Shown piece by piece: positions 25,737 to 32,000 of a stretch of 32,000 bases of DNA (the first letter of the stretch is position 1; the number at the start of each line of letters is the position of its first letter). The stretch is from NCBI GenBank assembly GCA_005191425.1, contig SUPR01000003.1, forward strand, positions 1 through 32,000, written 5' to 3'. Origin of the DNA: Candidatus Helarchaeota ASGARD archaeon Hel_GB_B (GTDB lineage Archaea > Asgardarchaeota > Lokiarchaeia > Helarchaeales > HEL-GB-B). The notes below the pieces were generated by a model. That model made no database searches. It was not told the origin of the DNA and saw nothing but the letters and a program-made list of their open reading frames with translations. Position numbers and translations under genes: made by a program.

Positions 25737-26618
25737 TTAGATATTTTGCTCCTTTATTTTTAATATTAAATGTTTTACAATCTTTTCTGCTATATTTATA
25801 CCTAAAGTTGACTCAGCTCCAGCGAAACCAAAAGTAGAATTCCACTCTAATAAATATAAATCTCCACTATTTGATGGCAATAAATCTATACCTACTAAAT
25901 CCAAACTTGTAATTTTATTTAATTTTATAATTATCTTATCAATAATCTTATCATATTTCCAGATATTCGGGTCCATTTCGCTTATTTCTTCAAATCGCTT
26001 TCCAACTCCCCCTGAATGAATATTATGTCTAAAATCGTTTGGGTTATATCTAACATATTTTGCTATTATATCATCTCCTACAATAATTGTCCTGATGTCG
26101 TACCCTTGATTTTCTATATATTCCTGCAGATATAACACTTGAAATTTATTATAAATTTCTTCTAGATGCTCCTCATTAGATATTTTAATAATATTTTTTC
26201 CTAGCCCACCAATAATAGGTTTAAAAAGGATGCTACCTTTTTTATCCAAAAATTTCTTTCCTTCTTTTATATTTTTAGTAATAATCGTATCTGGCATTTT
26301 AATGTCATTAGCCAAATATTCCCTCCACAACAAATACATACTAACCTTGTCTTCTCGATAAATGCCACTTAAAGATGGACTTAACATTACTCCCTTTCTA
26401 TCTAATTCTTCCAGTATTGAAAGCACATAAACTATACTCAGTTTCTCCATCATACCTCTCGAATATCGTAGTAAACAGAATTTTGGAATCTTCTCTAATG
26501 GTAGTACCAATTCATCCCAATTATACTGGACAAACTTTATTCCACGCTTAGTAAATTCATCAATTAATCTTCTTGATTCATATGAATTTTTCGCGCCAAT
26601 CATCCAATATTCTCCCAA
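25737..26618 (-). CDS. RimK-family ATP-grasp alpha-L-glutamate ligase
   Basis: PDTIIT, LFKPIIGGLG, YLQEYI...GYDIRTIIVG, FRHNIHSGG, VGIDLL, LEWNS; GAGGTG SD upstream of a TTG start. Confidence 0.88.
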   Translation of the reverse strand: MGEYWMIGAKNSYESRRLIDEFTKRGIKFVQYNWDELVLPLEKIPKFCLLRYSRGMMEKLSIVYVLSILEELDRKGVMLSPSLSGIYREDKVSMYLLWREYLANDIKMPDTIITKNIKEGKKFLDKKGSILFKPIIGGLGKNIIKISNEEHLEEIYNKFQVLYLQEYIENQGYDIRTIIVGDDIIAKYVRYNPNDFRHNIHSGGVGKRFEEISEMDPNIWKYDKIIDKIIIKLNKITSLDLVGIDLLPSNSGDLYLLEWNSTFGFAGAESTLGINIAEKIVKHLILKIKEQNI

Positions 26619-27024
26619 TTAAAGGTACACCTCATAATTTTACTATTTCTATCTCTAATTCTTTTTATTTTTTAGACCCCAATTTTCTTTTTTCATTGTA
26701 TTTAACTTTTTTAATTTGTTATTTTCTAGTCATGAATTAATTGGTTAAATATACCGAATTTCTCATCATTTATACTATAAAAGATTTTTCTCAATATAAT
26801 TTTTATATCTTTTTATTATTTCTATAATTTATTTAAAATTAGAAAGAATTTTGGGAATGTAAATAAACAGATATCGGAATTATTCATTAAAAAAAAGCTA
26901 AAAAATAAATAACTATTTTCATATATGCCATAAAAAATCGAGTATAAAAATTATTCATATTTTCTATTTCTTAACCCCAAATAAACCTTGAATAAGAAAA
27001 AAAGCCTTGAATTTTTGTTTTTAT

Positions 27025-27038
27025 AAAAAAAATAAAAA
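27025..27038 (-). terminator. Candidate oligo-U terminator of actin
   Basis: U5-A-U8 on the minus strand immediately after the actin stop; weak because the genome is AT-rich. Confidence 0.35.
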
Positions 27039-27041
27039 GGT

Positions 27042-28178
27042 CTAGAAGCACCTGTGGACTACGGGTGGACCAATTTCATTGTATTCCTTTCGAGTAACCC
27101 ACATCTTCTGAAATGTCTTTAATGAGGCTAAAATTGAGCCACCTATCCAAACGGAATACATTCTTTCAGGAGGTGCTATAATTTTCACTTCTACATTGTC
27201 TGGTATCATCTCTGATATCTCTTTTGTCAATCTCTCTTTTAGTCCTTGATACATTGAGCTACCTCCTGATAATATGATATTACCATATAAATCTCTTCGT
27301 AAGTCTATATCACATTTCGATACTGCTTGGACAATTACTTCATCAAGGGGCGGAGTTTCTTTTCCCACAGCCCCTGGGTTAAAGAATACCTCTGGTGCTA
27401 AAAATCTCTCAACACCTATAATTAAAGTGGACCCATCTGGGAGTAAATACGATTTTTCCATTCCGCTTACTTTTTCTGCATATCGCAATTCTTTTTCTGG
27501 GTCAAGTGCTACATAACATAATTTCTCTTTTATATCTCTAACAATTTCTTTTTCTGCTGATGTTGTTAATGAATATCCTCTCTGTCGTAATAGCCTCATT
27601 AAGTATTCAGTAATATCCCTTCCTGCTAGGTCTAACCTTGAAATAGCATGTGTCAGAGCAAACCCTTCATAAATTGGTACAATATGTGTAACTCCTGTTC
27701 CTGAGTCGCAAACAAGTCCGGTAGTACGTCCTGAAGCATATAATGAGAGAACTGCTTGCATTGAAACATAAAGTGCTGGAACTCCAAATGTTTCAAACAT
27801 AATTTCACACATTTTCTCTCTATTAGGTCTTGGGTTTAGTGGTGGTTCTGTTAAAAGTATAGGATGCTCAGCAGGGTCAACTCGTAAATCTGTATAAAAT
27901 GTATAATGCCAAATCTTCTCCATAGCACCCCAATCTTCCACTATTCCGTGTCCAATTGGATATGATAGCCTTAAAACACCTCTTAGTTGTAAAGCTTCCT
28001 CTCCAATGTAATATTCCCTAGTATAATGTTCTACATCTGACATTATTGAAGTAAATTTTGGATAGCCAATTAGAGTTGGGAAAACTGATCTGGGTTGGTC
28101 TTCACCTGCATAGCCATTTTTTGTGATTCCTGTCCCATTATCTATTACAATTGGTTTTTGAAATACTCCTTCTTCCAT
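27042..28178 (-). CDS. Actin (conserved Lokiactin/Asgard actin)
   Basis: [121 protein letters not shown]; 378 aa. Confidence 0.99.
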   Translation of the reverse strand: MEEGVFQKPIVIDNGTGITKNGYAGEDQPRSVFPTLIGYPKFTSIMSDVEHYTREYYIGEEALQLRGVLRLSYPIGHGIVEDWGAMEKIWHYTFYTDLRVDPAEHPILLTEPPLNPRPNREKMCEIMFETFGVPALYVSMQAVLSLYASGRTTGLVCDSGTGVTHIVPIYEGFALTHAISRLDLAGRDITEYLMRLLRQRGYSLTTSAEKEIVRDIKEKLCYVALDPEKELRYAEKVSGMEKSYLLPDGSTLIIGVERFLAPEVFFNPGAVGKETPPLDEVIVQAVSKCDIDLRRDLYGNIILSGGSSMYQGLKERLTKEISEMIPDNVEVKIIAPPERMYSVWIGGSILASLKTFQKMWVTRKEYNEIGPPVVHRCF

Positions 28179-28185
28179 AAATTAT

Positions 28186-28193
28186 TCACATCC
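28186..28193 (-). promoter_or_regulatory. Shine-Dalgarno-like site of actin
   Basis: GGATGTGA on the minus strand, 7 nt upstream of the ATG. Confidence 0.55.
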
Positions 28194-28210
28194 ATTATAT
28201 ATACAAAATT

Positions 28211-28311
28211 TATTGTTCCAAAGCCGTCCAAAACTAAATAAAATAAAGGAATTATTGCCGAAACACCGACAAAGCCCAACTACTAATTTTGTACCGGCTT
28301 TGTAAACAATA
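28211..28311 (-). ncRNA. Candidate structured 5' leader element upstream of actin
   Basis: 28211-28217 pairs with 28305-28311 and 28219-28226 with 28295-28302. There is an internal 7-bp GU-containing hairpin at 28255-28272 and an alternative 8-bp pairing of 28269-28276 with 28296-28303. Confidence 0.45.
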
Positions 28312-29197
28312 TTCATATTTATATAAACCAATATTTTACTAAATTTATTAAGATCGTGAAATCTATTTCAATATTTGTAATATATCTTTTATTAAATAAA
28401 GATTTTTGAAAATCCTTATTTTAATCGGTTTTATATTAACATTCGAAGAAAAGTAATTTAAACATTTATATTTCTTTATGAACTATAAAGGTGATAATTT
28501 AATAATTTCACTCTAATTTTCAAATGATAATGAAATAAATTATGAATAATAAGAAGTATTTTTTTATATTGACAAATAATATTCAATTAATCGATTTAAC
28601 AATATTCATATACATAATTAAAAACTCCAAACAAATTTTATAGTAAACTTTATAATTGAATCTCCTCAATATATTGTTAATTTTAAAACTTTATCACAAT
28701 AAATTATGAATGATATAAAATTAAATCAATACAATAATTGGTCTAACTATACCTTTTTAAAACGCAATAATTCTTTAATAACCGATTTATTTGTACTAAA
28801 TTTTTAAATTAATTTTAAATATTGAAAAATTGTCGTAGGGAGTAAAGAAATTGAAAAAAATGTTGTATTTTACAATATAGACAATTAGTTTACTACAATA
28901 TATTTGAAATTGGAAAAAATATTTTAATTTAGAACAGTAGGTTATCATTAAAAAGCGATAGTTCCTTATAATTTATTTATTTATTCTAAATTTTTAAAAT
29001 ATTTTCTTTAAATGTTTAAGAATTTTTTAGAGGTTTAAGATATTTATAGAAGTTTTTCTATTAAATTAATTTATTTATCAAATTTTTTTAGAAGGTCATT
29101 GAAAAATGGACACAAACTAAAAATTTTCCGAAAAGAAAAAAAGTTTAAATAATCAATATATTTTAAAATAAATTAAATTGAAAATAACGAAATGTAG

Positions 29198-31774
29198 ATG
29201 AAAATAATGACTGAGCGGAGTAAAAAATTTATCTTAACATTTGACGAGATTGGGATTGAGGATGTGCCACTAGTTGGAGGTAAAAACGCATCTTTAGGCG
29301 AAATGATCAGAAAAGTCAAAGTACCAGTACCACCCGGTTTTGCAATAACTGCATATGCTTATAGATATTTTATTGAGAAATCTAATTTAAAAAAATTAAT
29401 AGAAGATACACTTAAAGACCTTGATACTCATAATATGAAGCAGCTTGCTGAAGTAGGGGAAAAAATTCGTAATGCTATTAGGTCTGCTGAATTACCAAAA
29501 GAATTAAAAGATGAAATCAATAAAGCCTACAAACAATTAAGTATAGATCTAAATATAAAGGAAGATATTGATTGTGCTGTTAGGAGTTCTGCAACTGCTG
29601 AAGATTTGCCTGACGCTTCTTTTGCTGGACAACAAGATACCTTTTTGCATGTAAAAGGAATCGATAATATTCTTGAGAAAACGGTAGAATGTTTTGCAAG
29701 CCTTTTTACCAACAGAGCCATTTCGTATCGAGTCGACAAAGGATTTGATCATTTTAGTATAGCATTATCTGTAGGAGTCCAAATGATGGCACGGTCTGAT
29801 CTGGCTTGTTCAGGGGTCGCTTTTAGTATTGATACTGATTCAGGATTTCCAAATGTTGTTTATATTACTGGATCATATGGATTAGGGGAATATGTAGTAC
29901 AGGGTAAGGTAATTCCTGATCAATATTATGTTTTTAAACCTACTAAAACTATAATAAGTAAACAATTGGGAGAAAAACATGTTAAATTAATTTATTTTAA
30001 AGATGGAGTCAAGGAAATGAAGACTCCCGAGGAGGATCGCCAGAAATTTGTGTTGTCTGATGAGCAAATTTTAGAGTTAGCTGAATATGTAATACGTATT
30101 GAAGATCATTATAAAAAACCAATGGATATTGAATGGGGTTTGGACGGGCTATCGAATAAAATATTTATTCTTCAAGCTCGGCCAGAAACAGTTCATTCCC
30201 AGAGAAAAAATTTCATTGAACTTTATAAATTACAAGAACATGGTAAAATTTTAGTTACAGGAGAAGCAGTTGGCTCTAAAATAGGCGAAGGAGCAGTAAA
30301 CATAATTCCATCAGTTAAAGATATTGGAAAGTTCAAAAAAGGACAAGTTCTTGTAACTGAAATGACCAATCCTGATTTTGAACCAATTATGAAAATTGCC
30401 GCTGGAATAGTCACGGATCGTGGTGGAAGGACCTGTCATGCTGCGATAGTATCAAGAGAACTAGGTATTCCATGTGTTATCGGCACAGAAAATGCAACTG
30501 AAATTTTAAAAGCTGGTCAGAATATAACAGTTGATTGTAGTGAAGGTCGCGGAATTGTTTATGAAGGGCTATTAAAATTCGAATTATCAAAAGTTGAACT
30601 CGATAAAATTCCAGAAACAAAAACTCAAATAATGATGAATGTTGGTATTCCAGAAAAAGCTTTTATTTTAGGTCAATTACCCCATAAAGGTGTTGGACTA
30701 GCAAGACTTGAATTTATAATAAATTCACATATACAAATTCACCCCACATTCCTTTTAAAATATTCTAATATAAAAGATTGGGTAACTGGTAAATCCAAAA
30801 ACTTAGATCTAGATAAAGAATTTGCTGATGTGATACGGTCTGATGAAGAATTAAAGGAAATGAAAAAATATTATGAAGATCTATTACCAACAGTCAAAAA
30901 ATTAACGAGAGGTTATGAGGACAAATCAAAATATTTTATAGATATTCTAGCTCAAGGAATTGGAAAAATCGCTGCTGCATTTCACCCTTACCCTGTCATC
31001 GTCAGATTATCTGACTTCAAAACTAATGAATATGCTAATTTAATTGGTGGGAAATATTTTGAGCCTGAAGAAAATAACCCCATGATCGGGTGGCGAGGAG
31101 CTTCCAGATATTATAGTGAAAAATATAGAGAATCGTTCAGGTTAGAATGCTTGGCACTTAAAAAAGTTAGAGATGAAATGAAACTTACCAATGTAAAAGT
31201 GATGATCCCATTCTGTAGAACACCAGAAGAAGGCGAAAAAGTTATAAATATCATGAAAGATTTCGGACTTGTTCAAGGTGAAAACGGACTTGAAGTTTAT
31301 GTAATGTGTGAAATTCCCAGTAATGTAATTTTAGCTGATGTATACTCTAAAATCTTCGATGGTTTCTCAATTGGTAGCAATGATTTAACACAATTAACTT
31401 TAGGACTGGACCGAGATAGTGAACTAGTACAATCATTATTTAATGAGCGCCATGAAGCAGTTAAAAAGATGTTGAAAATGGTAATTGAAATAGCAAACAA
31501 AAATAATAAAAAGATCGGTATATGTGGACAAGGCCCAAGCGATTTTCCAAGTTTAGCTGCATTTCTTGTGGAATGTGGGATCAATTCAATGTCTTTAAAT
31601 TCGGATGTAGTTGTTCAGACTATTGGTCTAGTAAAAATTCTTGAGCATGCCATGTCTGAAGGTAAAACTTTTTCAGACCTAACTCCTGACTACATAAAAT
31701 CCGTCCCCAATGTAGATAAAAATTTAAAACAATTAGCAATCGCAATGATTGAAAATGAAAATAAAAACTCGTAA
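29198..31774 (+). CDS. ppsA: Phosphoenolpyruvate synthase (pyruvate, water dikinase)
   Basis: VGGKNASLGEM, AVRSSATAEDLPDASFAGQQDT, MDIEW, LQARPETV, GGRTCHAAIVSRELG (phospho-His), RLSDFKTNEY, GFSIGSNDLTQL, GICGQ. Confidence 0.98.
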   Translation: MKIMTERSKKFILTFDEIGIEDVPLVGGKNASLGEMIRKVKVPVPPGFAITAYAYRYFIEKSNLKKLIEDTLKDLDTHNMKQLAEVGEKIRNAIRSAELPKELKDEINKAYKQLSIDLNIKEDIDCAVRSSATAEDLPDASFAGQQDTFLHVKGIDNILEKTVECFASLFTNRAISYRVDKGFDHFSIALSVGVQMMARSDLACSGVAFSIDTDSGFPNVVYITGSYGLGEYVVQGKVIPDQYYVFKPTKTIISKQLGEKHVKLIYFKDGVKEMKTPEEDRQKFVLSDEQILELAEYVIRIEDHYKKPMDIEWGLDGLSNKIFILQARPETVHSQRKNFIELYKLQEHGKILVTGEAVGSKIGEGAVNIIPSVKDIGKFKKGQVLVTEMTNPDFEPIMKIAAGIVTDRGGRTCHAAIVSRELGIPCVIGTENATEILKAGQNITVDCSEGRGIVYEGLLKFELSKVELDKIPETKTQIMMNVGIPEKAFILGQLPHKGVGLARLEFIINSHIQIHPTFLLKYSNIKDWVTGKSKNLDLDKEFADVIRSDEELKEMKKYYEDLLPTVKKLTRGYEDKSKYFIDILAQGIGKIAAAFHPYPVIVRLSDFKTNEYANLIGGKYFEPEENNPMIGWRGASRYYSEKYRESFRLECLALKKVRDEMKLTNVKVMIPFCRTPEEGEKVINIMKDFGLVQGENGLEVYVMCEIPSNVILADVYSKIFDGFSIGSNDLTQLTLGLDRDSELVQSLFNERHEAVKKMLKMVIEIANKNNKKIGICGQGPSDFPSLAAFLVECGINSMSLNSDVVVQTIGLVKILEHAMSEGKTFSDLTPDYIKSVPNVDKNLKQLAIAMIENENKNS

Positions 31775-32000
31775 TTAACTTTCCATTTTATTTAATTTTT
31801 TTTCTTCGTTAGTTAGGTCAATCAAGACATTTCTTACTATTTTTCTCCATTTAAGCACCTGGGGAATAATTGACTTAACATTATTGAATTCTATCTTTTT
31901 ATCTTGTTCTATCCTCGTTAATCTATTTAACCAGACATTCATCTGTAAAAGAACTGGTACCAATTCATTTACCTTCTTTTTACTTAAAAATTGTATCAAA
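31775..32000 (-). CDS. 3' end of a hypothetical helical protein; start probably beyond the window
   Basis: The frame is open to the right edge; its stop codon abuts the ppsA stop (TAATTA). Confidence 0.55.
   Translation of the reverse strand, partial: LIQFLSKKKVNELVPVLLQMNVWLNRLTRIEQDKKIEFNNVKSIIPQVLKWRKIVRNVLIDLTNEEKKLNKMES

Noticed and set aside
26985-27012. CCTTGAAT direct repeat downstream of actin
   Set aside because: Two short copies in AT-rich DNA; not enough to call a repeat or binding site.
1956-31584. Short antisense/overlapping ORFs in the track (1956-2198, 3183-3539, 4022-4408, 4107-4376, 9259-9465, 11990-12193, 12106-12318, 12604-12846, 16655-16897, 17302-17529, 18156-18545, 19624-19911, 20122-20307, 27274-27516, 29527-29739, 29549-29752, 30223-30414, 31297-31584)
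   Set aside because: All lie opposite well-supported genes, most have the F/I/S/L-rich composition typical of antisense frames, and none shows a motif.
1-32000. tRNA, rRNA, CRISPR array, IS/transposase, integrase or prophage
   Set aside because: No GC-rich cloverleaf or rRNA-like tract, no regularly spaced repeats and no transposase/integrase motifs were seen.

Overview
AT-rich, housekeeping-like segment of an Asgard archaeal chromosome. The evidence is a bona fide Lokiactin-type actin (27042-28178), two profilin-fold domains, a longin-like domain, fwdC and GGTGA/GAGGT Shine-Dalgarno sites; the exact Asgard lineage cannot be fixed from this window. About 26 CDS. Left to right: partial DRG/TGS-type GTPase, membrane-anchored S8 protease, hemK2, rsmA, DUF4130 plus TIGR03916-type radical SAM pair, 7TM-longin protein, PRTase, orphan N6 DNA methyltransferase, Zn-ribbon protein, stand-alone profilin, Gfo/Idh/MocA oxidoreductase, COG0731 radical SAM, a convergent glycogen cluster (GH57, nucleotidyltransferase, degenerate PGM/PMM, glgA), a three-repeat/Pro-rich/profilin fusion, a hypothetical, solitary fwdC, pssA-psd, RimK-family ligase, actin, ppsA and a truncated ORF. 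No rRNA, tRNA, CRISPR or transposase was seen. The strongest leads are: (1) a 509-aa multidomain profilin fusion; (2) a switch-like structured element in the actin 5' leader; (3) a 7TM-longin receptor-like protein; (4) a glycogen locus with a GlgC-like nucleotidyltransferase and a phosphomutase lacking its catalytic residues. All family calls come from motif recognition by eye; no database search was run.
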